Shown here piece by piece: positions 1-10,971 of a stretch of 64,000 nt of DNA. The stretch is from Candidatus Bathyarchaeia archaeon (GTDB taxonomy: Archaea > Thermoproteota > Bathyarchaeia > 40CM-2-53-6), in assembly GCA_049517415.1 (NCBI GenBank), contig JBEKSC010000004.1, forward strand, positions 64,001-128,000. The letters run 5' to 3'. The notes under the pieces were generated by a model that had not been told where the DNA came from, searched no databases, and was given only the letters and a program-made list of their open reading frames with translations. The translations under genes were made by a program, and so were the position numbers. Position 1 is the stretch's first letter. Every line of letters begins with the position of its first letter.

Positions 1-258
1 ATCAGGCTGCCAAACTCACTACCTCACATGTTTGACGGCCTAAGATTGGCAGTAATCAGCGCTGTAGCAGGTGCTGTAATAGCTGAATTCATAAGCTCAT
101 CCGCCGGCCTAGGCTACTTGATAATAAACGCGCAGAACTTTTTTGACACAAGTTTGGCCTTTGCTGCTTTCACCGTGTTAAGCATACTCAGCTTAGCGCT
201 ATACGGCTCAGTTGAACTGGCGGCCTATATCATAATGCCATGGTTTAGGAAGAAGTAG
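1..258 (+). CDS. ABC transporter permease (SsuC/TauC-like), 5'-truncated by the window edge
   Basis: Motif 'GAVIAEFISSSAGLGYLI', hydrophobic, directly upstream of an ABC ATPase. Confidence 0.85.
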   Translation: MRLPNSLPHMFDGLRLAVISAVAGAVIAEFISSSAGLGYLIINAQNFFDTSLAFAAFTVLSILSLALYGSVELAAYIIMPWFRKK

Positions 259-260
259 CC

Positions 261-1028
261 ATGGCATCAGTTGAGCTGCTTCGCTTAAGCAATGTGAGCA
301 AAACCTACGAGCCTGTCACTGGGGAGAACGTGGAAGCCATCAGAGGCATATCACTCTCATTAGCTGACGGAGAGGTGCTGGCGTTGCTTGGCCCGAGTGG
401 ATGTGGGAAGTCCACACTCCTGAGGTTGATAGCTGGCGTCGAGATACCTACGTCAGGGAATATTGAGAGGGCAAGTGGGGCAGGGAATAAGCAATTCGTA
501 GTGGGTTATGTGTTCCAGGATTCAAGTCTCATGAGGTGGAGAACAGTGCGGGACAACATTAGGATTCCACTTGAAATCCTCGGAAAGAATGACGACAAAA
601 GAGTGACTGAAATGATTCGGTTGGTGGGACTCACAGGATTTGAAAGGGCATATCCGATCGAATTGTCTGGTGGAATGCAAAGAAGAGTCGCGGTGGCGCG
701 AGCATTGATTCATGAGCCTAGTGTCTTGTTAATGGATGAGCCTTTCACAGGAGTCGATGAAATGACGAAGGAGACTCTACAAGGAGAGCTAAATCACCTG
801 ATTAGACGCCTCCATGTGACCGGAGCACTTGTCACACATGACATCGAGGAAGCGGTCTATATCGCAAGCCGAGTCTTGGTAATGTCATCCCGCCCAGGAA
901 CAATAATCGAAGAAGTCAGAGTTCCCCTACCCGACGAACGACAACCAATTATGAGAATTGAGGAACCCTTCATAAGTTGTTGCAGAGTCATCCGAGAGAA
1001 GCTCAACTTGCTTCAAGCAGTCAAATGA
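261..1028 (+). CDS. ABC transporter ATP-binding protein (nitrate/sulfonate/taurine type)
   Basis: Walker A GPSGCGKS, LSGGMQ signature, LLMDEPF Walker B, VTHD. Confidence 0.95.
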   Translation: MASVELLRLSNVSKTYEPVTGENVEAIRGISLSLADGEVLALLGPSGCGKSTLLRLIAGVEIPTSGNIERASGAGNKQFVVGYVFQDSSLMRWRTVRDNIRIPLEILGKNDDKRVTEMIRLVGLTGFERAYPIELSGGMQRRVAVARALIHEPSVLLMDEPFTGVDEMTKETLQGELNHLIRRLHVTGALVTHDIEEAVYIASRVLVMSSRPGTIIEEVRVPLPDERQPIMRIEEPFISCCRVIREKLNLLQAVK

Positions 1029-1254
1029 TTAGTGCGACGCAAAGGGATGTGCCCGTGAGAATAGTGACGGCGCATCATGGCAGTTGTAATCGACTGATTG
1101 GATCTTTCTCTATTTCTCTGAATATCTAGGTAGACTCATATCTTCTTTCAGGTAAGAATCAGCGCAGTGAAACCCCTGCGCGCTTACCTCTTAACACACG
1201 TAACTTCGGAAACGAAACTGCGACAGCAGCCAGTTGGTTAAGGTGTTCTAGGAA

Positions 1255-2550
1255 TTGTTTATTCAGGTTCTAAGGAACTGGGCGTCGCTCCAGCATTCAC
1301 AATGGATGAACCGTAGCTCTCTTGTGAAGCTTCAGAACGGCAGACTACGGAACATTGTTGATCTCGCTTACCACAGAGTCCCCTTTTATCGCGAGTTGTA
1401 CCAGAACGCAGGCCTGAAACCTGGCGACGTCACAGACGTCAAGGCCATCTGGAAACTCCCCACCATCAACAAGGAGCAGCTCCGAGCCGTCTCGCTGGAA
1501 AAGAGGACGGCCGATGGAACAGATCTTGGCGCTTGTAGAGTTCATACTACTTCTGGTTCAACTGGAACGACGCTCGTATTACTGGAGGATGAGTACGCAT
1601 TCGCATTTCGCGATGCCCTAAACCTGCGATTCCTCTGGGCTTATGGTGTAACGCCTCGGGACAGAGTGGTGAGGATGAGAACAAGCGAAGTGGGGGGAGC
1701 GCAACCTAGAGTCCGTCTCGGTGACAGGCGCGGCTTATGGTCCTACGTCAGAAAGAAATGCGCAAGGCAGCTAACCTATGACACCGACATTGAAGAGCAT
1801 CTGCGGCTGTTTTCGGAGTTGAAACCTGACGTGTTAATGGCTCAGACTTCCTACTGCCACGCTCTCGCCGAGTTTAGTGAGCTTACCGGAAATACCCTCA
1901 ACTTTAGGATCATAGTCACTAGTGGCGGGATATTGGACGAGGCGACTCGGAAACTCATTAGCGATAGGTTTGGAGCCGAGGTGTACGATCATTACGGTAG
2001 TGAGGAGGCGGGGGGATCGATTGCGTGGGAATGCCCATCCCACTCAGGTTACCACGTAAACGCTGAGACTTTGCTCGTAGAGTTCCTTCGCAATGGAGGG
2101 GCTGTTCTAGGCGAACCAGGTGAGGTTCACGTAACCTCCTTCTGTAGGGTCGCTACGCCGATCATACGCTATTCCATCAGTGATGTAGCGACTCCAATCG
2201 GTGATGAATGTTCATGCGGTCGAGGATTGCCTTTGATCGGGGGAATCCAAGGAAGGGTTGTGGATTTCATTCTAACGGAGGATGGTCAATATGTGTCTCC
2301 CTTAGCTGTTCTAAATGCTCTTCAAAATGTGCCTGGCGTGGACCGGTTCAAGGTGACGCAACGCCCAGACTTCTCAATCGAAATCCTCGTCACATGTCAG
2401 GGAGACGACGCAAAGTCAGTTACTGCAAATGTGCGCAGTCGCTGTCAAGCAGTGTTTCGAGGATTGCCTTTTGAGATAAAGCTGGTCGACAGAATAGAAA
2501 ACTCAAACGTTCCGAAATTTCGCGTAGTGGAATCACGTGTAGCGCATTGA
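1255..2550 (+). CDS. Phenylacetate-CoA ligase/CapK family AMP-dependent ligase
   Basis: TTSGSTG, YGSEE, 'ATPIIRY..SD', CSCGR motifs. Confidence 0.9.
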   Translation: MFIQVLRNWASLQHSQWMNRSSLVKLQNGRLRNIVDLAYHRVPFYRELYQNAGLKPGDVTDVKAIWKLPTINKEQLRAVSLEKRTADGTDLGACRVHTTSGSTGTTLVLLEDEYAFAFRDALNLRFLWAYGVTPRDRVVRMRTSEVGGAQPRVRLGDRRGLWSYVRKKCARQLTYDTDIEEHLRLFSELKPDVLMAQTSYCHALAEFSELTGNTLNFRIIVTSGGILDEATRKLISDRFGAEVYDHYGSEEAGGSIAWECPSHSGYHVNAETLLVEFLRNGGAVLGEPGEVHVTSFCRVATPIIRYSISDVATPIGDECSCGRGLPLIGGIQGRVVDFILTEDGQYVSPLAVLNALQNVPGVDRFKVTQRPDFSIEILVTCQGDDAKSVTANVRSRCQAVFRGLPFEIKLVDRIENSNVPKFRVVESRVAH

Positions 2551-2851
2551 GTTCCATAGAACCCCTAAAGAAACCATCTGCGTCCTCCCGCCAAATATCG
2601 CAAACGCATAGTTATTTCCGAATAGATTTTGTCGTCACAAATGGTCAATGCGAAGTCTCCGTCCCTCAGCCCAGTCGATAAGAAATTTACAAATTTACAA
2701 ATTCACGAATACCTAACCCTACTATGTCTACGTGGCTCCGTGACGAAAACGGAAAATTTGCGGGATAGCTTAATTCCAAATGCGAGTCCTGAAGTTGTAA
2801 AATCTTAAGAGCTTATGAGCTGTTTTCAGTGTCGCCTTGAAAGGATAACCC

Positions 2852-5794
2852 TTGACTCGCACATTATCTCGCAAGCCCCTACTACTCCTAACAGTATTAG
2901 CTTTCGTACTGTTTCTAACTCCAGCCCAGCCGTATAATTTCAGCACAACTAACACTGGGTCAGTCCAGAACGCGTCCGTGAAGGACGGGAAACTATCTTT
3001 CAATGGTGGGAACCGTGGTGGTCTCTTGGGCGCAGGGGCCATTCAACCAGTATTTGCCTACGGCACTGGACAGTATGCCAGCCTAGAACTCGGACAAAAA
3101 CCAGCAAGCTTCATTGAGGGCAGCGCTTGGCCATTCACTCAGTATGGACTGTTTGAACCGAAGGGGTTAGGAGTTGATTCGCATGGTAACGTCTGGGTTG
3201 CGGATTATTATGATAATCGTGTTTTGGAGTTTACCCGCCCATTCAGTAATGGTGAAAATGCGGTGTTGGTGTTAGGGCAGTCAGGCTACGGTACGTACAC
3301 AGCTGCGGATACCCCGAGCGGAATGAACGGCCCAAGTGGTGTAGCGGTTGATTCGAGTGGTAACCTTTGGGTTGCTGACGCGGGGAATAATCGTGTTTTA
3401 GAGTTTACTTGCACCGCCACTAGCACTTGTTCGAACGGTAACACTGCGGTAATGGTGCTGGGGCAATCAGCCTTCAACACCAAGACAGCTGCGGATACTA
3501 TGAGCGGAATGAGCGGACCAACTGGCTTAACGTTTGATTCAAATCATTGGCTGTGGGTTTCAGATACCGGGAACAATCGTGTTTTAGAGTTTACTTGCAC
3601 CGCCACTAGCACTTGTTCGAACGGTAGTGACTGGGTGGAAGTGCTGGGTCAATCATACTACGGCACCAACACAGCTGCTGACACCCAGAACGGAATGAGC
3701 GGCCCACGCGGTTTAGGGTTTGATGGTTCCAGCGTTCTCTGGGTTGCGGATTACGGTAATAATCGCGTTTTGGGGTTTGTTTGCACCGCCCGAGAGAATT
3801 GTGCGTGGGGTAGTAGTGCGTCGGTGGAGCTGGGTCAACCAAGCGGCGCAACAGCCTTCACTACAAACACCGCTGCCACCTCCCAGAGCGGAATGAGCGG
3901 ACCAAGTGACGTAGTGACTGATTCGCACGGTTACCTCTGGGTTTCGGATTTTGGTAATAATCGCGTTTTGGAATTTACTTGCGACTACGGGTATGGTTGT
4001 TCGGATGGTAATGATGCGGTGCTGGTGCTGGGTCAGTCGGGCTTCAGCACAAAAACTTCTGCTACCTCCCAGAACGGAATATGGGAACCATACGGTTTAG
4101 GGTTTGATTATTCCGGTAATCTCTGGGTTGCGGATCACGTGAATAGTCGAGTGTTAGCGTTTTGGGCCAACGAGGTGACGGCTGATAGTGACATCATAAC
4201 CCTCAGTGGTGGGGATGGGTCGTTTACGTCTAGTCTGACGAGTATGACGGTTACGATTAGCGGATCAACAGCTAGCGCATCCGTCTTTATCTTACCTCAG
4301 ACTCTCTCCACACAGAATTATGGCCTCCCGACGTTCGAGTTGAATAATCCAAAGCTCTTCGACGTAGCCATCTCAGGGATAACAACTGGCACAGCCAACG
4401 TGTGCGTACCGGACAGTTTAGCGGATTCAGCCACCGTCATCCAATATTGGAACGGCATATATTTCTGGTCCACCGCGTCGAGTATAACTGTAACTGATGG
4501 AACATCGGTCTGTGGTAACATTCCCGTCTCCTCCCTGCAAGGAAACAACATTGGAGCGGGTGATCCAGTTACTCCGACTACAACGACGACCACAACCTTA
4601 ACTTCGACGAGCATTACCGCGACGACGAGTTCTACGAGTACGACTTCAACGTTTTCAACTATCACCGGCTCGACGACCTTATCCGCGGTCACGAATGCTC
4701 CGACGGTTACCGGGACCATGACGACCACTAGTACGGTTACTGGTCCCGTGGCTGGCACTGCCACCACGATCTACACGACTATTCTGTCCACAAGCACATC
4801 GACTAGTTTGGTGACTTCCAGTGTTGGGGAGACGACTACGGAGACGGGTGTGACGACGCTCAGCACCGGTACCTCGACCAGTACGGCTACGGAGACGGCG
4901 TTTGCGACGACGACGGCTGGTGGGACGGTGACGGTTACCGAGACGAATACTTTCAACGTGCTTTTGACGAATGTCTTTCATGAGTTGCATCAGTTTGCGG
5001 ACGAGTTCCTGCAGCTGGTCGGAGTCCAGCCAGTAGTCACACCCTTCGGTCAGCAGGTGAATAGTGTTCAGGTGACGGTTCTGACGCCATGTGCGGGCTG
5101 TGTTACAAGTACCAAGACTGCTCTTACCACTCTCACCACAGTTGTGGCTACGTTGTTGAAGGGGACGACTACTACTGCGACGTCGACTGCTTCTGCCACT
5201 GTTACGCGTACTACGCCTGTTGTGTTTAGTACGACTCAGACTGCGACTCGTTCTGCGACCGCAACAAAGACTCTGACTTCAACTGCAACTGTGACTAATA
5301 CCAAGTCGGTTACGGTGGTTTCTGCGGTTTCTACGAGTACCGTGACTCCAACTAAGACTGCGGCAACCGTCACCACAACGCCAACCTCCACGGCTGCTAC
5401 TGCGTCTGTGACTGCAACCAGTACTGCGGCTACCCTGCGTGTCCCCGCAACTACTACTGGCACGGATACCGACACTACTCAAGTGACTGTTACCTTCTAC
5501 AGCTACACTAACGTTATTGTTACGGCTACCTCGACCGCCACCGTGTTCTCGCCGACTGTTACGCTATCTACTACTGCGGCTACGTTGCGCGAGCCTGCAA
5601 CTACCACTACTGTCAGCAACACGGCCACTGCGACTAGCGTTAGCACTGCGTCTGTGACGAACACTAAGACTAGCACTCAAACCTCAACCGTTACGGTCCT
5701 CCACGTGGCTACGACAACTACTCAGACTACGGCCGCTGCCACTCCCACTGTAACAGTAGTCACCACGGTGACAACAACAACATCAGGCGCATGA
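2852..5794 (+). CDS. Secreted NHL-repeat beta-propeller protein with long Thr-rich C-terminal tail
   Basis: N-terminal hydrophobic signal, six 'GP.G...D..GNLWVAD..NNRVLEF' repeats, about 400 aa Thr/Val/Ser tail. Confidence 0.9.
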   Translation: MTRTLSRKPLLLLTVLAFVLFLTPAQPYNFSTTNTGSVQNASVKDGKLSFNGGNRGGLLGAGAIQPVFAYGTGQYASLELGQKPASFIEGSAWPFTQYGLFEPKGLGVDSHGNVWVADYYDNRVLEFTRPFSNGENAVLVLGQSGYGTYTAADTPSGMNGPSGVAVDSSGNLWVADAGNNRVLEFTCTATSTCSNGNTAVMVLGQSAFNTKTAADTMSGMSGPTGLTFDSNHWLWVSDTGNNRVLEFTCTATSTCSNGSDWVEVLGQSYYGTNTAADTQNGMSGPRGLGFDGSSVLWVADYGNNRVLGFVCTARENCAWGSSASVELGQPSGATAFTTNTAATSQSGMSGPSDVVTDSHGYLWVSDFGNNRVLEFTCDYGYGCSDGNDAVLVLGQSGFSTKTSATSQNGIWEPYGLGFDYSGNLWVADHVNSRVLAFWANEVTADSDIITLSGGDGSFTSSLTSMTVTISGSTASASVFILPQTLSTQNYGLPTFELNNPKLFDVAISGITTGTANVCVPDSLADSATVIQYWNGIYFWSTASSITVTDGTSVCGNIPVSSLQGNNIGAGDPVTPTTTTTTTLTSTSITATTSSTSTTSTFSTITGSTTLSAVTNAPTVTGTMTTTSTVTGPVAGTATTIYTTILSTSTSTSLVTSSVGETTTETGVTTLSTGTSTSTATETAFATTTAGGTVTVTETNTFNVLLTNVFHELHQFADEFLQLVGVQPVVTPFGQQVNSVQVTVLTPCAGCVTSTKTALTTLTTVVATLLKGTTTTATSTASATVTRTTPVVFSTTQTATRSATATKTLTSTATVTNTKSVTVVSAVSTSTVTPTKTAATVTTTPTSTAATASVTATSTAATLRVPATTTGTDTDTTQVTVTFYSYTNVIVTATSTATVFSPTVTLSTTAATLREPATTTTVSNTATATSVSTASVTNTKTSTQTSTVTVLHVATTTTQTTAAATPTVTVVTTVTTTTSGA

Positions 5795-5997
5795 AGAACC
5801 TTTCACCAAGACCGCAGACGCATCACTGCAAATAGATCAAGAACGCGAGCGTGCTTCTGAAACTTCCGATTCTCAAAGTTCATGAAAATACTACTAGATG
5901 CTTGACAGGACGTTTGTGGTTGGAGACTCTGGAGTGCCCCGCGAACTCAAATACGTTCGAAGCAAACACTGAGTCCCCCGTTGGCTAGGTGGACTGA

Positions 5998-7188
5998 TTG
6001 GAATCAGCTCTTCTTCCAAGATACGACCCGGAGCTCGTTATCTCCTCAAATGATGTGTTAGGAAATTGCCACTTTGTTGTGGACCGATCTGTTCTTGGTA
6101 GATGCTGGGGAGGTATCAGAGTTGCAACCCATCTAGACTTGGAAGAGGTCAAAACCTTAGCAAGGTCGATGACGTTGAAGGGCATAATGGCAGGCATTCC
6201 GATTGGCGGCGCAAAGTGTGGATTAGACATTAGTTCGAACGATTATGACAGACAGGTTGTTGTGAGATTAGTTGCTCGAACGATTTCTACATTTATCCGA
6301 AGAGGATCATACTTTCCGGGCACCGACATTGGATTCAACGAAGCTGACGTTGATGCAGTCACTACTCTATCTGAGACCGCTCGCAGATTGTTCAGGGGTA
6401 TTGTTTCGGTAGGAGATGCCTGCGCAATAGGAATTCTAGCGTGCGTCAAATATGCCAACGGAACGCACCCGGATTTCAAGGCTCGCACGGTTGCCCTGGA
6501 AGGCTTCGGGAGAGTTGGGGTCCCCACAGCAAAGTTGTTTTCCTCGGAAGGCTTCAGAGTTGTGGCCGTTGGCAACCTGTATGGGACGGTGTGTGACCCT
6601 CATGGCTTGAACGTGGAGGACCTGGCTTCACTTTCTCCCCTTGGTGTTGAGCAAATGCTCCGAGCTTACGTGAATGCACACCCAGCAGCGAGCTTGCATC
6701 CCAAAGAATACGTGAACGTTGCGGAGGCGGATATTCTTATTCCAGGTGCCCGAGCACTGACGTTAAACGCTGCAGTGGCGGGTCAAGTTAGGGCGAAGAT
6801 AGTTTGCCCACTATCAAATTCACCAGTAACCGTTCAGGGAGAGAAAACCTTGGCCGAAAGAAGAATCATCTCAATCCCCGATTTCATTTCGAACTCAGGG
6901 GGCATCATAGCAAGCTTCGCTCAACAACTCGCAGCGAATTCAAAGGAGACCCATGCGCTGATCTCTAAGATAGTAACCAGCAACCTTGAAACAGTGTTTA
7001 AGGGGCTTCCCGCCGGGGAAATTCCGAAAGAGAAAGCGTGCCAGATCGCGGTCGAAAAATTAGACCAGCTTTCTTCAAACGAACGCCTCGAATCTCTCAG
7101 GCTAATGTTCCGTTGGACGAGAGCTTTGGGCCCCAAGGCGGCTTTGAAGGGTTTGAGCGAATATGCCTCATTGAAGCTCTACGGTTAG
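5998..7188 (+). CDS. Glu/Leu/Phe/Val dehydrogenase family protein
   Basis: GGIR, 'LARSMTLK', GGAK, 'GFGRVG', 'IPDFISNSGG' motifs. Confidence 0.9.
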   Translation: MESALLPRYDPELVISSNDVLGNCHFVVDRSVLGRCWGGIRVATHLDLEEVKTLARSMTLKGIMAGIPIGGAKCGLDISSNDYDRQVVVRLVARTISTFIRRGSYFPGTDIGFNEADVDAVTTLSETARRLFRGIVSVGDACAIGILACVKYANGTHPDFKARTVALEGFGRVGVPTAKLFSSEGFRVVAVGNLYGTVCDPHGLNVEDLASLSPLGVEQMLRAYVNAHPAASLHPKEYVNVAEADILIPGARALTLNAAVAGQVRAKIVCPLSNSPVTVQGEKTLAERRIISIPDFISNSGGIIASFAQQLAANSKETHALISKIVTSNLETVFKGLPAGEIPKEKACQIAVEKLDQLSSNERLESLRLMFRWTRALGPKAALKGLSEYASLKLYG

Positions 7189-7212
7189 GCAGCTGTCGGA
7201 TGACTAAACCGC

Positions 7213-8031
7213 GTGGGACGAGGAGCGGAATTCTTGCTCTCAAAAGTTGAGGTGGAGATGCTTAGGACGTGGGAGGACATTGCACCGCGTTTTAAGACAG
7301 GACGAAGCAGCGTCGCCTTCAAGGACATTGCCTTTCGTGAGGTATACGGCGAACTCATCAGGCAAGTGATAAGGAAGCATCTTCCTCGGAGATGTTTGGT
7401 TCTCAAAACCGATTTGTGGAACGAAGGCATCGAGGTTGATAGGAACCTCGCAGCGTATGTCAACGATTCATCCAAGAAGTGTCGGCTCGTTGCGATTGAT
7501 GTATGTCGATATGTTTGCGAATCTGCGAAGCAATCGAATCCGGGGCTCGAGGTAGTCCGGGCTACCCTGCTGGCTTCTCCATTTCGACGAAAATTCGATT
7601 TCATAATCGACGCTTCAACCGTAGATCATATGCCTGAACGCTTACGAGAGGTTTGGGTTTCCGGTGAATCTCAGGCATTGAAGGCAGGTGGGGTTTTGCT
7701 GATCTCATTCGATTGCCGTATGAACCTCTTCACTGAGCTGTACCATAAACTCTCTACTCGGCGGGTATACCCTGAATGGACCCTCGCCCCAGCCCAGGTT
7801 CGGGCCCAGCTTGTTTCGAGCCATTTGACTGTGATTCGCGAGCACGCCGTCTTTGTGGCAGGGCTATTCCTTGGGACACACCGCCCCTGGTTTCCCTTCT
7901 CGCCTCTCCTAAAAAACAGGGGCATGTTCAGTTTCATCAAGAAAACGGAACTTTCGAAACGCTCTCACATCCTCTCATTTCTCGCGCCACAGTACGTGAT
8001 AGTCGCACGTAGAAACCCCATTGGAAGATAG
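7213..8031 (+). CDS. Class I SAM-dependent methyltransferase-like protein
   Basis: 'FDFIIDASTVDH' and 'LKAGGVLLI' methyltransferase motifs. Confidence 0.7.
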   Translation: MGRGAEFLLSKVEVEMLRTWEDIAPRFKTGRSSVAFKDIAFREVYGELIRQVIRKHLPRRCLVLKTDLWNEGIEVDRNLAAYVNDSSKKCRLVAIDVCRYVCESAKQSNPGLEVVRATLLASPFRRKFDFIIDASTVDHMPERLREVWVSGESQALKAGGVLLISFDCRMNLFTELYHKLSTRRVYPEWTLAPAQVRAQLVSSHLTVIREHAVFVAGLFLGTHRPWFPFSPLLKNRGMFSFIKKTELSKRSHILSFLAPQYVIVARRNPIGR

Positions 8032-8209
8032 AAAGTGCCAGGTGAAAAGTGGGAGGGTCGCTTCTAAACCTCATAGTGCACTGGCATAGCTATTCTTTCT
8101 TGGATGGCGTTTCGCTAGTGAAACTTTGGATCAGCATTCGACCCAGAGCGCATATGCAAGAGGTTTTATTTCTCAGGGCCTCAGACTCACGTAGGGTCGT
8201 GCAAGAAGA

Positions 8210-8875
8210 GTGAAAAGAACATTATACGCCTTAGCCGCTTTGCTGATTCTATCTTCACTTGCGGCATCGGCCGCGGCCCAAGGGTTCCCCATATCTGTTA
8301 ATTTTGGTACTGCGCTTCCTATGCCAATTGGGCAAATCGACACCGTCGCAGTTACGATTACGGACACGGTAAACAGCACGGTACAGCTGACATTCGTTGG
8401 CCTCCGGTTTGAATGGGACGCGCCCAACAATTTCTTCATTGGCGGAAACAGCGATAAGGGTGCAGTTCTAACGGGCGGGGAACAAATAGTGTACTCCATA
8501 CCCGTCACGGTTCCTAGCAACGTCACGCCCGGAACGCACCGGCTGAGCGCATACGTTACCTACCGCGTCTCGAACCAGAAAAATGCGACAACCGTCCAAG
8601 CTGGATGGTGGGTAACGGACTTGCAATTGGCCTATCCTCAAACTCAGCAAAGCCAAACATCAACAGCGGGCACTGGAACACAATCATCATCGAGCTCGGA
8701 AACTATCGGAGTACTCGTTGCGGTGGTCGCAATAGGCCTATTCCTTGAACGAGGCCGAATCAAACGACTCATTAGGAAACCCAAGGAGACTGCTCCGACG
8801 CCGGGGCAACCTGAGGGTGAGCCGCCCGCAGCCGAGAAGCCTGCCGTAGTCGAGAAGAAGGAAGAAGACCTCTAA
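8210..8875 (+). CDS. Secreted/membrane-anchored Ig-like protein
   Basis: Signal peptide, 'VP...PGTH.L' Ig-like strand pattern, C-terminal TM helix plus charged tail. Confidence 0.7.
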   Translation: MKRTLYALAALLILSSLAASAAAQGFPISVNFGTALPMPIGQIDTVAVTITDTVNSTVQLTFVGLRFEWDAPNNFFIGGNSDKGAVLTGGEQIVYSIPVTVPSNVTPGTHRLSAYVTYRVSNQKNATTVQAGWWVTDLQLAYPQTQQSQTSTAGTGTQSSSSSETIGVLVAVVAIGLFLERGRIKRLIRKPKETAPTPGQPEGEPPAAEKPAVVEKKEEDL

Positions 8876-8908
8876 CCCCCCGGAGAACGGACCCGAGGGT
8901 TCCCCCCA

Positions 8909-9487
8909 ATGAACGGACTCCCAAGCTCGAAGAAGACGACAATAACGCTATTCATCTTCGGCGCTTCACTACTACTCTCTTTAGCCCTCATCCCCGCTCC
9001 GGTGCTAGGACAGGAACCATTCGACGTGAACTGGTCATTCGATTACAGCCCCCTCGTCTCCGCAGCCCCCAATTCGGTCGATGTGAAAATCAATAACACT
9101 GGCCTAACGCCAATTCGACTACTATCAGTTGGAATTAGTTTTCCATGGATGAATGGCACGTATCTCTCATCAGGAATCCCTAAAACGGGGATAGATGTCG
9201 CTCCAGCAGGGGGAGTGCAGTATAGAATTCCTTTTCAGATTCCCGCAGATACTTTAACTGGAAAGTACTCGATGAATACGCTTTTGCAGTATGAGATATT
9301 TCAGACCACACAATATGGTGGGCCTCAATCAATCGTGTACGCACTTGATGTGGTCGTGGTAGGCCGAACAAGCTCATATTCAATGACGTTCGATCCGTAC
9401 GACGGGCGGTTCTACTCCGCGGTTGCGGTCTTTACCCTTCTTGGATGGTACTTGCCGAAGAGGTTGCTGCACAGGACTAAGGGCTGA
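8909..9487 (+). CDS. Secreted/membrane-anchored Ig-like protein (paralogue-like to the upstream gene)
   Basis: Signal peptide, 'IP.DTLTGKY' pattern, C-terminal TM helix. Confidence 0.7.
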   Translation: MNGLPSSKKTTITLFIFGASLLLSLALIPAPVLGQEPFDVNWSFDYSPLVSAAPNSVDVKINNTGLTPIRLLSVGISFPWMNGTYLSSGIPKTGIDVAPAGGVQYRIPFQIPADTLTGKYSMNTLLQYEIFQTTQYGGPQSIVYALDVVVVGRTSSYSMTFDPYDGRFYSAVAVFTLLGWYLPKRLLHRTKG

Positions 9488-9489
9488 AA

Positions 9490-10584
9490 ATGCGTCTCAA
9501 ACTCCGAGATTTCCTAGCCCTATCCACTGCAGCATACCTTCTCAGCGTTTCATCTAAGATACTTTATCCAGGATTCTATACAGACATTACCTCGCTATAC
9601 TACAGAGTCGTTCTCCCGACGAATAACGGAATCCCCTACCACGCCTACTTTCTTGAGTACCCGGCAATCCCGGCAATCATGATCTGGGTAAGCGGACTTG
9701 CGCCCAGCTTCTTCTACTACATAGTGACCATGGCTTTTCTGATATACCTCTTCGTCATAGCCGCTGTATACTTTCTCTACCGGACTTGCACGGAGTTTGG
9801 ATTGGATCGCGGAAGAATCATCCCGTTCTTCATAATGGCGCCGTCCTTCCTAGTTATGTCATTTTTCAACTGGGACATCGTAGCAATATGCTTCGTAATT
9901 GCAGCTATTTACTGCCTATTCAGAAAGAAGTCACGACTTTCGGGGTTCTGCTTGGGTTTGGGTTTTGCGGCTAAGGCCTATCCTCTGCTCCTGCTTCCTC
10001 CATTCATGAAAGAGGTAGGTTCGTGGCGCGATCGTTTCGAGATGCTGCTCTCAGCCGTCCTGGGTGGGCTGATTCCAAATTTGCCGTTCATCCTCATAGA
10101 TTTCCAAGCGTGGTTGAACTCGAATCTGTCGGCCAGACAGGCGGTGTACGTAGAAGATAGCATATGGATGGTGATACGCTACTACGGGTTAGCCACTCAA
10201 GATTGGCTGATAACGGCAGTGGCATGGTCACTTATAATTCTCGCAATTCTCCACATGACCTTTTCCAACAGGTCTCTCGTGCTGAAGGCATGGGTCATAA
10301 CCGCGGTGACGATTCTTGTTTTTCCATCCTACCCGCCCCAATACAATATATGGCTTCTTCCAATGTTTGTCCTAAGTCCGGTTTTCACCCTTATCCCATT
10401 CTTAGCCTTCGACTTTCTTAATTCAAGCATCATTCTCTCTTGGTTCTCGGTTGACAATCCGTTTCAGCCGTGGGGTCCAATCTGGGACATCAGTCTGATT
10501 AGAATAGGGCTTTTGGTGGTCTTACTGATTTGGGCTACCCGCCGAGGAGCCACCAATACTCAACAGCAATTTCCAGAGAAATAA
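9490..10584 (+). CDS. GT-C membrane glycosyltransferase (GT87-like)
   Basis: Polytopic; 'LEYP', 'NWD', 'GFAAKAYP', 'PQY.IWLLP' motifs. Confidence 0.85.
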   Translation: MRLKLRDFLALSTAAYLLSVSSKILYPGFYTDITSLYYRVVLPTNNGIPYHAYFLEYPAIPAIMIWVSGLAPSFFYYIVTMAFLIYLFVIAAVYFLYRTCTEFGLDRGRIIPFFIMAPSFLVMSFFNWDIVAICFVIAAIYCLFRKKSRLSGFCLGLGFAAKAYPLLLLPPFMKEVGSWRDRFEMLLSAVLGGLIPNLPFILIDFQAWLNSNLSARQAVYVEDSIWMVIRYYGLATQDWLITAVAWSLIILAILHMTFSNRSLVLKAWVITAVTILVFPSYPPQYNIWLLPMFVLSPVFTLIPFLAFDFLNSSIILSWFSVDNPFQPWGPIWDISLIRIGLLVVLLIWATRRGATNTQQQFPEK

Positions 10585-10971
10585 TCAAGTACCTTTGACT
10601 GCACGAATCCTCTTCGTTCGAAGTCAAGGAGCGTCATTTCGCATTTCTCGATTAGAGTTGCCCGCTGATCCCGCATCCAACCTACCCATTAATGCACACC
10701 TCTTTCGAGATCAATCGATGATTTAAGCTGAATCGCCGGGTCTCCGACTCCCTGGCCAAGAAGAAAACATCTCATGCGTCTAGCCACACAGGAATCCAGT
10801 TACGCAATAACGAGACTGTTTGGATCCGTGTTACAAGGTCTACGGTGGAATGCTAAGCTTGAGGCATTTGTTATCAGAAAGAACTTCTTTTCGCATAAAC
10901 CGCGTATCCGTTTTTCTCGTGAGTTCACTCCGACTACTTGGAGCATGGTTGTAGTTTTTGCGATATTTTGG

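Noticed and set aside
5141..5781. Diversity-generating retroelement template/variable pair with 47081-47719
   Set aside because: No reverse transcriptase in the window, and the differences are not confined to adenines
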